Source: Solirubrobacterales bacterium (lineage in GTDB: Bacteria; Actinomycetota; Thermoleophilia; Solirubrobacterales; 70-9). From it: 64,000 nt of DNA. Below, piece after piece: positions 26,955 through 34,880 of the stretch (position 1 is its first letter; every line of letters starts with the position of its first letter). Under the pieces are notes generated by a model. It was not told the DNA's origin. It saw only the letters and a list, made by a program, of their open reading frames with translations, and ran no database searches. The position numbers and the translations under genes are program-made. The stretch spans positions 14,061 to 78,060 of the forward strand of contig DASSMJ010000017.1 in assembly GCA_035688955.1 (NCBI GenBank). The letters run 5' to 3'.

Positions 26955-29189
26955 TCAGTCGATCGTGAACGTGCGCTTGGCCGGCGTCGGGTCGACGTTG
27001 CCGACCGCGTCGACCGCCCGCACCTTGAAGAGGTGCTTGCCGGGTTCCAGGCTTTTGTACGTCTTGGGCGAGCGGCAGGGCTTGAATGGCTTGCCGTCGA
27101 GCTTGCATTGGAAGCTCGAGCCGGCCTCGGTCGCAGTGAACTTGAACTGCACCGTCGTCTTGGTCGTCTTCTTCGGCGGGGCCTTGGTGATCTTCGTGTC
27201 AGGTGGGGTCAAGTCCTTGGGGGTCGGGTTGCTACCGCCCCCGCCGCCGCCAGTTTCTCCGCCGGTGCCCCCACCTTTTTTGTCACCGCCGCCACCGCTG
27301 GGATCGGCGGCAGCCGACGTGGTGGCGAGCTCCGAGGTCGCGCCGGTGGTCTTCGTCTGGGTGGCGGCGAGGATCGTGCCCACCGGCAGCGACGCATAGG
27401 TCGCTTTCCATTTGCCGCTGACGTCAGCTTCGGCCTGGGCGAGGAACGAGCTCAGCTCCCCCCCTTCGGCGCTTGCCTTGCGGAAGACACGGACCAGAGC
27501 GCCGGGCGTGGCTGTCCCTTCAGCTTTCGATTGGAAAGCGGAAATGACTGGGGGAGCGATGCCTTCGTTCGCGCCCCCGACGAGGTCGATGAAGGGGCCG
27601 CCGTTGCCGCTGCCATGGTTGCGGGCGACCTCGTTCGGTGACGCCTCCAGGCCGTCGACCTGGATCGCCGCGCCGCCGCTCTCGGTGATCTCGTTCTCGG
27701 CGTCGATTTCTTCGCCACCGATGAAATTGCCGGAGGCGGGGAGGCCGGGTGCGGGGCCCTGGATGCGCACGCCCGCCCCGCCCGCGCCGACGATTTCGTT
27801 GCCGGCCACCAGGTTGTCGTCGCCTTCGACGAGGATGCCGTTGGCCAGCGTCTCTTGGATCGAGTTCGCTTCGACGACGCTTTCGCTCCCGCGCAAGCGG
27901 ATGCCCGTCGCGCTGCCGCGGATCGCGTTGCCGTTGACAATGGCACCGCAGCAGGCGGCGACGGCAGCCACAGCCGGTGGGGGAACGGGAGACCCCGCCG
28001 GGCCAAGGCCGAAGCCGTTGCCTTCGACCCGCCATACCGCGCCTCCTTCGCCATAGAACCCGTACAGGCCGCCGGAGAAGAAGTTGCCCGTTCCGGGTTC
28101 GTCGTTGCCGACGAAGACCCATTCCGCTTCTCCGGCGTAAATGCCGTAGCGCCTGGTGTCGGACGCGAGCGGAGCGCCGGTCGCGTCGAAGCCGATGTAG
28201 TTGCCGAAAACCGTCACCGAGCCGCTGACCGGCAGCTGATGGTCGTCGCTGGGATCGCCCTGCAGGTCGATCCCGACCGTCCCGTCCGCGATCACGTTGC
28301 AGGATCGGTCGCAGGCGGGAGTGGCCAGGCCGCTGGCGGTGATCTTGCCCCCGATCCCGATCTGGTTTGCCTGGTCGATGCCGGGAATCGCATACCGGTC
28401 CCAGTCGGCGACGGCGATGTCGATTGCGTTCGGGGCCGGCGTCACCCCGTCGGGCAGAACCCCGAAGTAGTTGCCCTTGATGATCGAGGTGGAGGCCCCC
28501 CTGATGGCCAGGCCGGCCTTCTTGGCGCCGGCAATGACGTTGCGGTCCTCCGGGCTGGTGCCGCCGATGGTGGCAACTTCCGAGCCCGGCGTCAGTTCGA
28601 TCCCTTCGGCCATCGGGTCGACGTCGCCGGCGAGCGAAACGCCGAGCCAGTTCCCCTGCGCCCGGAAGTTTTCAGCGACGGGGATGACTCGCAGCAGGCT
28701 GTCGTTTTCGTTGCTGGAGGTGATCGCCAGCCCCTTGATCGTGACGTTCTTGGCGAAAGCGACGAGGCCGTTGGCTTTGAGGTTGAGTCGCAGGCCGACG
28801 CAGGGACCCTCGATCCCCGCCGCGGTCATGCACTGGCCGGATGCTTGGCCGTCGATTTCCAGGGCATCGTCGATCCTGGGGAACTCGGTTTCGCCGGCGA
28901 TGATGTTGTCGGTCAGCTCGCCGTTGAACAGCGAGGAGAAGACGACCTTGTCGGGAGTGCCCTCGGGCTGGTTCGCCTCCTCGATCGCGGCCCGCAGGGT
29001 GCAGGTGCCGAGGGCCGTTTCGCAGATGCCGTCGTTCGGGTCGAGATCAGCCTGGTCGGCTTTGCTGTCGACCGTGTACTCGGCGGCGGGCACCGTGGTG
29101 GGCAGGGCCAGGGAGATCAGGGCTGCAATGACGAGAGCGACGAGAATCCGCCCGTAGGCGTGAGCTCCCTCCTGCGCCAGCTCAGCCAT
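26955..29189 (-). CDS. Secreted CSLREA-domain / parallel beta-helix repeat protein (paralog 2)
   Basis: Same architecture as 24615..26897: signal anchor ILVALVIAALISLALPTTVPA, GTCTLRAAIEEAN, beta-helix repeats, a Gly-rich linker and a near-identical C-terminal Ig-like tail. Start taken at MAELAQ (29189). The ORF extends to 29282. Confidence 0.75.
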   Translation of the reverse strand: MAELAQEGAHAYGRILVALVIAALISLALPTTVPAAEYTVDSKADQADLDPNDGICETALGTCTLRAAIEEANQPEGTPDKVVFSSLFNGELTDNIIAGETEFPRIDDALEIDGQASGQCMTAAGIEGPCVGLRLNLKANGLVAFAKNVTIKGLAITSSNENDSLLRVIPVAENFRAQGNWLGVSLAGDVDPMAEGIELTPGSEVATIGGTSPEDRNVIAGAKKAGLAIRGASTSIIKGNYFGVLPDGVTPAPNAIDIAVADWDRYAIPGIDQANQIGIGGKITASGLATPACDRSCNVIADGTVGIDLQGDPSDDHQLPVSGSVTVFGNYIGFDATGAPLASDTRRYGIYAGEAEWVFVGNDEPGTGNFFSGGLYGFYGEGGAVWRVEGNGFGLGPAGSPVPPPAVAAVAACCGAIVNGNAIRGSATGIRLRGSESVVEANSIQETLANGILVEGDDNLVAGNEIVGAGGAGVRIQGPAPGLPASGNFIGGEEIDAENEITESGGAAIQVDGLEASPNEVARNHGSGNGGPFIDLVGGANEGIAPPVISAFQSKAEGTATPGALVRVFRKASAEGGELSSFLAQAEADVSGKWKATYASLPVGTILAATQTKTTGATSELATTSAAADPSGGGGDKKGGGTGGETGGGGGGSNPTPKDLTPPDTKITKAPPKKTTKTTVQFKFTATEAGSSFQCKLDGKPFKPCRSPKTYKSLEPGKHLFKVRAVDAVGNVDPTPAKRTFTID

Positions 29190-29242
29190 CCGTCCACCGT
29201 AGCGGTACCCCCCGGGTCTCGGAGAACCGCGGGCTGCTGTCG

Positions 29243-29992
29243 CTACTCGCTGTGTGGCAACCCGGGCCCGCTGCGTGCCCACTCGACCTGGCGGCGGCCC
29301 TCGGCGGCAGAGCGGCCGACGATGTCATCCCACTCGTGCAGCATCGCCTTCAGGCGGGCGACCGCCTCGGGGGGGTGGGCGGCAACGCCAGCGGCGAGCT
29401 CGAGTGCGGCCTGCTCGGTGCCGGCGGCGGGGGCGACGCGGTTGACGAGGCCGAGCCGCAGGGCCTCGTCGGCACCGATCGTCCGCGAGCTCAGCAGCAG
29501 GTACTTGGCGGCGGCGAGGCCGCAGAGGGTGACGAGGCGGGCCGGGCCGACCGGAACTCCGAGGGCGGCGCCGGGGAAGCGCAGGCGCAGGTTGGCGCCG
29601 CCGATCCGCATGTCGCAGGCGACCGCGATCTCGGCCCCACCGCCGACGACGTCGCCGTGGCAGGCGGCGATCGTCGGCTTGGGGAAGTCGACGATGGCGT
29701 CGTAGAGGTCGGCGAAGAGCTGCATGCGGCGGACCCTGCCCTCGTCGTCGAGCTGCTCGCGGACGTCGGCACCGGCGGAGAGGCCGAGGTTGTCGGAAGA
29801 GCTGAAGACCAGCACCCGCACCGCCTCGTCGCCGCGGGCGACGGCGAGGTGCTCGAGCAGCTCGAGCAGCATCTGGGTGTTGATCGCGTTGCGCGCGCCC
29901 GGCCGCTCGAGGCGGATCAGCGCGATCCCGCGCTCGTCGACGGAGTAGCTGGTGACCTCGGTCTCGGCGGTACTGCCGTTGCCTGCGCTCAT
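29243..29992 (-). CDS. Enoyl-CoA hydratase/isomerase (crotonase) family protein
   Basis: 249 aa. IALIRLERPGARNAINTQM...VLVFSS...LSAGADV...KPTIAACHGDVVGGGAEIAVACDMRI are the crotonase-fold oxyanion-hole motifs. Confidence 0.85.
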   Translation of the reverse strand: MSAGNGSTAETEVTSYSVDERGIALIRLERPGARNAINTQMLLELLEHLAVARGDEAVRVLVFSSSDNLGLSAGADVREQLDDEGRVRRMQLFADLYDAIVDFPKPTIAACHGDVVGGGAEIAVACDMRIGGANLRLRFPGAALGVPVGPARLVTLCGLAAAKYLLLSSRTIGADEALRLGLVNRVAPAAGTEQAALELAAGVAAHPPEAVARLKAMLHEWDDIVGRSAAEGRRQVEWARSGPGLPHSE

Positions 29993-30540
29993 GCCTCTGA
30001 AGCTATCCGTTCGACCAGGCGCTCGGTCTCCTCGGCGGCATCGGCGACCAGCGCCTCGACCTCCGCCTTCGGCTCGCGAAAACGGCCGAGAACCCAGGAC
30101 GAGACGATCTCGGGGTCAGTGGAGTCGGGGCGCCCCACCCCCACCCGTACCCGCCAGAAGTCGGCGTCGCCAAAGCCTTTTTTCAAGCTCTTGAGGCCGT
30201 TATGACCGGCGAGGCCGCCGCCGAGGCGGGCCTTGATCTCGCCAAACGGGAGGTCGATCTCGTCGTGGACGACGATGACTCGGTCGAGCGGGACCTTCAG
30301 AGAGCCCCGCGCCGGTCCGGCCGAGTTGCCGGAATCGTTCATGTAAGTCTGCGGCAGCAGGACCGCGACGCGCGGGCCGACCACAGCGCTCCGACCTTCC
30401 CACAGCCGCCCGCGGAACTTCTCCCGCGGCTGCGCCAGCTGCCAGCGCCGGGCCAGCTCCTCGCCGACCATGAAGCCGAGGTTGTGGCGGTCGTGCGCAT
30501 GCTCGGGCCCGGGGTTGCCGAGTCCGACTATGAGGATCAG
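29989..30540 (-). CDS. pth: Peptidyl-tRNA hydrolase (requires a non-ATG/GTG/TTG start)
   Basis: The conserved N-terminal LIVGLGNPGPEHAHDRHNLGF is encoded upstream of the first ATG (30471), in frame, directly after the L25 stop codon. The remainder (YMNDSG, VVHDEIDLPFG, GGLAGHNGLKS) is typical Pth. The 5' end is set at the CTG at 30540. Confidence 0.85.
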   Translation of the reverse strand: MILIVGLGNPGPEHAHDRHNLGFMVGEELARRWQLAQPREKFRGRLWEGRSAVVGPRVAVLLPQTYMNDSGNSAGPARGSLKVPLDRVIVVHDEIDLPFGEIKARLGGGLAGHNGLKSLKKGFGDADFWRVRVGVGRPDSTDPEIVSSWVLGRFREPKAEVEALVADAAEETERLVERIASEA

Positions 30541-30543
30541 GGG

Positions 30544-31221
30544 TTACTCCCCTTCGGAGTCGCCCGAACCGTCGCCGCCGTCGCCCTCGGCAGCCTCGCC
30601 CTCGCCCTCGCCGACGACCTCGGTCTCCTCCTCGACCTCGGTCTCGACTACTTCGACCCGCGGTGGCGAGACGGTGACGATCGTGACCTCCTCGGGCTCC
30701 TCGGCGAGGAAGGTGACTCCCTCGGGGGCCTCGACGGAGGAGAGCTGCAGGGTGTCGTTGATCTCCATCGCGGAGACGTCGACGCAGATGTTGTCGGGGA
30801 TCTCGGCCGGCAGCGCTTCGACCGTGATCTCACGCGTCACGTGCTCGAGCACACCGCCGCCCTTGACTCCGGGCGCGTCCTCGACGCCTTCGAGCTCGAT
30901 CGTGACCTCGGCCTGGATCGCTTCTTTGAGGTTGACCTGCATCAGGTCGAGGTGCTGGAAGCTGCCGCGCACCGGGTGGTGCTGCGCTTCCTTGATCACG
31001 ACCGGGACGGCTTTGCCGCCCTCGATCTCGAGGTCGAACAGCGCCGCGCCCTCGCTGAGGATGTTGCGGACCTCGCGTTCGCTCACCTGGAAGGGCTTGG
31101 CCTCCGAGCCGCCCGAGTAGACGACGCCGGGGACGAGCCCCTCACGGCGCATGCGTCGGGAGGCGCGGGAGCCGAAATCCTCGCGCGGAGCAGCTTTAAG
31201 GGTGGAGCGACCAGCAGCCAT
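30544..31221 (-). CDS. rplY: 50S ribosomal protein L25 / general stress protein Ctc, with acidic C-terminal tail
   Basis: From ATG 31221: LKAAPREDFGSRASRRMRREGLVPGVVYSGG...VVIKEAQHHPVRGSFQHLDLMQV...VEALPAEIPD. The rest of the 536-aa ORF upstream is rejected. Confidence 0.85.
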   Translation of the reverse strand: MAAGRSTLKAAPREDFGSRASRRMRREGLVPGVVYSGGSEAKPFQVSEREVRNILSEGAALFDLEIEGGKAVPVVIKEAQHHPVRGSFQHLDLMQVNLKEAIQAEVTIELEGVEDAPGVKGGGVLEHVTREITVEALPAEIPDNICVDVSAMEINDTLQLSSVEAPEGVTFLAEEPEEVTIVTVSPPRVEVVETEVEEETEVVGEGEGEAAEGDGGDGSGDSEGE

Positions 31222-31281
31222 CGGACGGGAGAGGATAGAGAAATCGCCGCGGGGCGGCGGCTGTGACACCCTTCGGGGCCG

Positions 31282-32700
31282 ATGGCCGACGACTCGAAGA
31301 TCCCCAAAGGGCGGATTCGCCGCTCCGCCAAGCTGGGTTCGATCGTCGGCGTGCAGAGTGCGCGGTACGCCGGGACCAAAGCCGCCAACGTCGGCCGCTC
31401 CGAGGACGAGAGCAAAGAGCGGCTCGAGCAGCGCCACCTGGAGACGGCGATGAAAATGGTCGGGGCGCTGGGCCAGATGAAGGGCGCGGCGATGAAGCTG
31501 GGTCAGTTCGCCTCCTTCATCGACACCGAGTTCATCCCCGAGGAGTACCGCGACATCTACCAGGAGCAGCTGGCGAAACTGCGCACCGACGCGCCCTCGA
31601 TGCCCTGGGAGAAAGTCGAGAAGGTGCTGGAGGAGGAGTACGAAGGCGAACCGCTCTCCGAGCTCTTCGCCGAGTTCGAGCAGGAGGCCTTCGCCGCCGC
31701 CTCGATCGGCCAGGTCCACCGGGCCGAGCTGCTCGACGGCCGCGAGGTGGCGGTCAAGGTCCAGTACCCGGGGATCGCCGAGGCGCTCGACGCCGACCTG
31801 CGCAACGCCGGCACGCTCGTGCGCTTGGCGCGGGTGCTGGCGCCGGGGCTCGACGCGAAGGCGATCGCCGAGGAGATCCGCGAGCGGGTGATGGAGGAGC
31901 TCGACTACGAGTACGAGGCCCAGAACCAGCGCACCTTCTCCCGCGCCTATCGCGAACACCCCTTCATCTACGTGCCGGAAGTGGTGACGCGGCTCTCGCG
32001 GCGGCGGGTGCTCGTCACCGAGCTGGTCAAGGGCAAGGGCTTCGAGGAGATCAAGGAGCTGCCGCACGAGGAGCGCAGCCGCTTCGGCGAGATCGTCTTC
32101 CGCGGCAGCCTCGGCTCGATGTTCCACCTGCAGCACTTCAACGCCGACCCCCACCCCGGCAACTACATCCTGCTCGAGGACGGCCGCGTCGCCTTCCTCG
32201 ACTTCGGGATGACGAAGAAGGTCGACCGCGAGCAGCTGCTGCTCGAGCAGCGCGCCTTCGATGCCGCCTCACGCAACGACCCCGAGGCCTTCCGCCAGGC
32301 GCTGCACGACCTCGGCTTCGTCAAGAACCCCTCCAAGCTCGACGCCGAGCGGCTGCTGGAGCACATGGGTGCCGTCGGCGGCTGGTACATCGAGGACAAG
32401 GAGATCGAAATCACCGCCCGCCGGGTGATGAAGATCATCGAGTCGACCAACGACCCGCGCTCGGAGTACTTCGACCTGATGCGGCGCGAGTCGCTGCCGG
32501 CCGAGGAGCTGATGGGGCGCCGGATGGAAATCGGCGTCGTCGCCGTCCTTGGGCAGTTGCAGGCGAAGCGCAACTGGCATCGAATCTTCCGCGAGTGGGT
32601 CTACGCCGACGCGCCGGCGACGGAGCTGGGCGAGCTGGAGTGGGAGTACTTCGAGGAGCGCGGGGTCAAGCGCACGCCCGGTTTGGCCGAAACCTTTTAG
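31282..32700 (+). CDS. ABC1/UbiB-family atypical kinase (AarF domain)
   Basis: 472 aa. KLGQFASFIDTEFIPEEYRDIYQEQLAKLRTDAP...FAAASIGQVHRAEL.DGREVAVKVQYPGI...NADPHPGNYILLEDGRVAFLDFGM. Confidence 0.85.
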   Translation: MADDSKIPKGRIRRSAKLGSIVGVQSARYAGTKAANVGRSEDESKERLEQRHLETAMKMVGALGQMKGAAMKLGQFASFIDTEFIPEEYRDIYQEQLAKLRTDAPSMPWEKVEKVLEEEYEGEPLSELFAEFEQEAFAAASIGQVHRAELLDGREVAVKVQYPGIAEALDADLRNAGTLVRLARVLAPGLDAKAIAEEIRERVMEELDYEYEAQNQRTFSRAYREHPFIYVPEVVTRLSRRRVLVTELVKGKGFEEIKELPHEERSRFGEIVFRGSLGSMFHLQHFNADPHPGNYILLEDGRVAFLDFGMTKKVDREQLLLEQRAFDAASRNDPEAFRQALHDLGFVKNPSKLDAERLLEHMGAVGGWYIEDKEIEITARRVMKIIESTNDPRSEYFDLMRRESLPAEELMGRRMEIGVVAVLGQLQAKRNWHRIFREWVYADAPATELGELEWEYFEERGVKRTPGLAETF

Positions 32701-32721
32701 GTCCCGGAACGAGGAGGAGCG

Positions 32722-33588
32722 ATGCGCAGGATCAAACGCGGTTGGGGTTTGACGAAGAAGAGCTGGGCGCTGCTGCGAGAGCACCCTTCACTGCTGCGCT
32801 TCCCCCTCTACGGCGCAGTGGCGACGACTCTGCTGGCGATCGTCTTCCTCGGGCCGGGGCTCTACCTCTGGGACGACGACAAGCAGGCCGGGGCGATCCC
32901 GTTGATCGTGATCGGCGTCTACGTGCTCAGCTTCGTCGGCTTCTACTTCAGCGTCGGCCTGGCCGCCTGCGCCGACATGATCTTCCGCGGCCAGGAGGCG
33001 AGCGTCGCCGACGGGCTCGCCGTCTCCCGCAGCCGGATCAGCCAGATCAGCGGCTGGGCTGCGGTCTCGGCCGCAATCAGCCTGGTGATGGGGCTGCTGG
33101 AAAACCAGGGCGGGACGCTCGGCACCGTCGCCGCCCGCCTGGTCGGCATGGCCTGGTCGCTGATCACGTTCCTGGCGGTGCCGGTGATCGCGATCGAGGG
33201 GACCGGCCCCTTCGAGACGATCAAGCGCTCCGGCGCGCTCTTCCGCGAGCGCTGGGGCCAGCAGATCACCGGCAACATCGCGATCGGCGGCGCCGTCTTC
33301 CTGATCGGCGTGCTGCCGGCGATCCTCCTGATCGTCGCCGGCGTCGCCGTCTGGTCCTCGGCCGCCTTCCCCGGCGCGCTGCTGGTCGTGATCGGCGCCC
33401 TCGTGCTCGCGATTGCGCTCCTGATCTCCCGCGCCCTCAGCGGCATCTTCGGCGTCGCCCTCTACCGCTACGCGCTCGACGGCGAGGTCGTCGGCGGCTT
33501 CACCGGCGAGGAGCTGGAGTCGGCGGTAAAGGCGAAAGGCCGCGGCCGCCGGGCAAGTCCCCCCGGCGCCACCCCCGGCACGGTCTGA
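32722..33588 (+). CDS. Polytopic membrane protein (DUF6159-like)
   Basis: 288 aa. The N-terminal MRRIKRGWGLTKKSWALLREHPSLL is followed by about six TM helices. The family name is from memory. A paralogous architecture occurs at 60410..61603. Confidence 0.55.
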   Translation: MRRIKRGWGLTKKSWALLREHPSLLRFPLYGAVATTLLAIVFLGPGLYLWDDDKQAGAIPLIVIGVYVLSFVGFYFSVGLAACADMIFRGQEASVADGLAVSRSRISQISGWAAVSAAISLVMGLLENQGGTLGTVAARLVGMAWSLITFLAVPVIAIEGTGPFETIKRSGALFRERWGQQITGNIAIGGAVFLIGVLPAILLIVAGVAVWSSAAFPGALLVVIGALVLAIALLISRALSGIFGVALYRYALDGEVVGGFTGEELESAVKAKGRGRRASPPGATPGTV

Positions 33589-33591
33589 GCC

Positions 33592-33635
33592 GCATCCGAC
33601 TTTCTCCCCACCCCAGTGGGGTCAAAGTCGGATGC
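33592..33635. terminator. Long bipartite hairpin between convergent genes (bidirectional terminator candidate)
   Basis: GCATCCGACTTT ... AAAGTCGGATGC (12-bp outer stem) enclosing CCCCAC-CCCA-GTGGGG. It overlaps the stop codon of the minus-strand GDPD gene. Confidence 0.45.
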
Positions 33636-34359
33636 GTTGAAATAGTCGCGGGTCGTTGGAGCAGATGCCGTCAACGCCGGCGGCGACTAGCTGCTCCATG
33701 CGCGGGAGGTCGTCGACGGTCCAGGCGATCAGCTCGACGCCGGCGAGGTCGCAGATGCGGGCCAGGCGCGGCGTGACCAACGGGTGGTAGACCCACATCG
33801 CCTCGACCCCGAACTGCGGCAGCTTCTCGGCGGCGAGGCCGGGCAGGCGCGTCCGCATCCCGATCAGGGCCGCCCGCATCGGCAGCTTGGCCCAGCGGCG
33901 CGAGGTCCAGTCCTTGGTGACTTTGGGATAAGTCCAGCCACGCCGTAGCGCCGGCTGGAGCTCGAGCACCCGGCGCAGCGTGTGCATCTCCATCGTCGAG
34001 ATCATCGCCCGCTCGATCAGCCCCCGCTCCTGCAGCGCCTCGACCAGCTCCTCCTCCCTTCCAGGCAGCTTGACATCGAGGTCGATCTCGACCCGGTCGA
34101 GCGGCGGCTCGAGGAAGGCGTCGAGCGCCTCGGTCAGCTTCAGCGGCGTCCGCCGCTCCGCGTCCTCCCAGTCGTGCGCGATCACCAGCGGGTGCCGCTC
34201 CTCGACCGGCAGGTGCGCGTCCTGCAGCCAGAGCACGTCCATCTCGATCGTGTCGACGCCCGCCTCGACCGCGGCGCGGAAACTCTCGACCGTGTTCCCG
34301 GACGTGATCAGGTCCGCCCCCTTGTGGCCGACCAGCCGCAGCTTGCGCTCGGCGCTCAA
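33622..34359 (-). CDS. Glycerophosphodiester phosphodiesterase family protein
   Basis: LVGHKGADLITSGNTVESFRAAVEAGVDTIEMDV... is a GDPD signature. I prefer the TTG at 34359, which overlaps the upstream gene's TGA (TTGA). The ORF extends to 34416. Confidence 0.75.
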   Translation of the reverse strand: MSAERKLRLVGHKGADLITSGNTVESFRAAVEAGVDTIEMDVLWLQDAHLPVEERHPLVIAHDWEDAERRTPLKLTEALDAFLEPPLDRVEIDLDVKLPGREEELVEALQERGLIERAMISTMEMHTLRRVLELQPALRRGWTYPKVTKDWTSRRWAKLPMRAALIGMRTRLPGLAAEKLPQFGVEAMWVYHPLVTPRLARICDLAGVELIAWTVDDLPRMEQLVAAGVDGICSNDPRLFQRIRL

Positions 34360-34862
34360 CAGAAGGCCCCTTCGCTCGCCGCTATGCAGAAGGCCGCCAC
34401 GACGTAATAGATCCACCCGGCGCCGAGCAGGTAGATCGGCAGGAGCACCCCCACCGAACCGACACGTAAACCGCCGATCGCGGCGCCGATCAGCGCCAGC
34501 ATCGCAACCGGGCCGATGAACAGACCGGCGACGAGCACGCTGTCGGAGCCGCCGTGCCCGCCCGTGAGCGTGCCGGCGATCACCCCGAGCAGCAGAAAGG
34601 TGACACAGGCGATGACGAAGTCGGCGGTCCGGAAGCCGCCTTCCCGCCCCATCACGACGAGGCGGTACAGCGCGGCTCCGGCAACAGCGGCGATCGAGCT
34701 GGCCGTGAGCCCGATGAGGACGATTTCGGCAAGGCTCCCGGCGGTGTCTTCACCGCTGCAATCGCTGGAGGGGAGGGAGAAACCCGCGAGCACGATGACG
34801 CCCAGCAGGATCAGCGGCACGACTATCCACGGCGGCAGCCAGTCGGACAGCAGCTCGTCCAT
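34356..34862 (-). CDS. Hypothetical polytopic membrane protein
   Basis: 168 aa with about five hydrophobic helices. It lies between prs and the GDPD gene on the same strand and is translationally coupled to the latter. Confidence 0.5.
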   Translation of the reverse strand: MDELLSDWLPPWIVVPLILLGVIVLAGFSLPSSDCSGEDTAGSLAEIVLIGLTASSIAAVAGAALYRLVVMGREGGFRTADFVIACVTFLLLGVIAGTLTGGHGGSDSVLVAGLFIGPVAMLALIGAAIGGLRVGSVGVLLPIYLLGAGWIYYVVAAFCIAASEGAFC

Positions 34863-34880
34863 CCGCTGCGCGCTCGGGCC

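Noticed and set aside
31222-32154. N-terminal 310 aa of the 536-aa ORF containing L25/Ctc.
   Set aside because: The L25 homology begins at the internal ATG 31221. The upstream part is antisense to the ABC1 kinase gene and has artefact composition.
31263-33776. 837-aa plus-strand ORF overlapping the ABC1 kinase and DUF6159-like genes.
   Set aside because: It lies in an alternative frame of the same strand as two well-supported genes. The product is Arg/Pro/Gly-rich with no domains, so it is a high-GC frame artefact.
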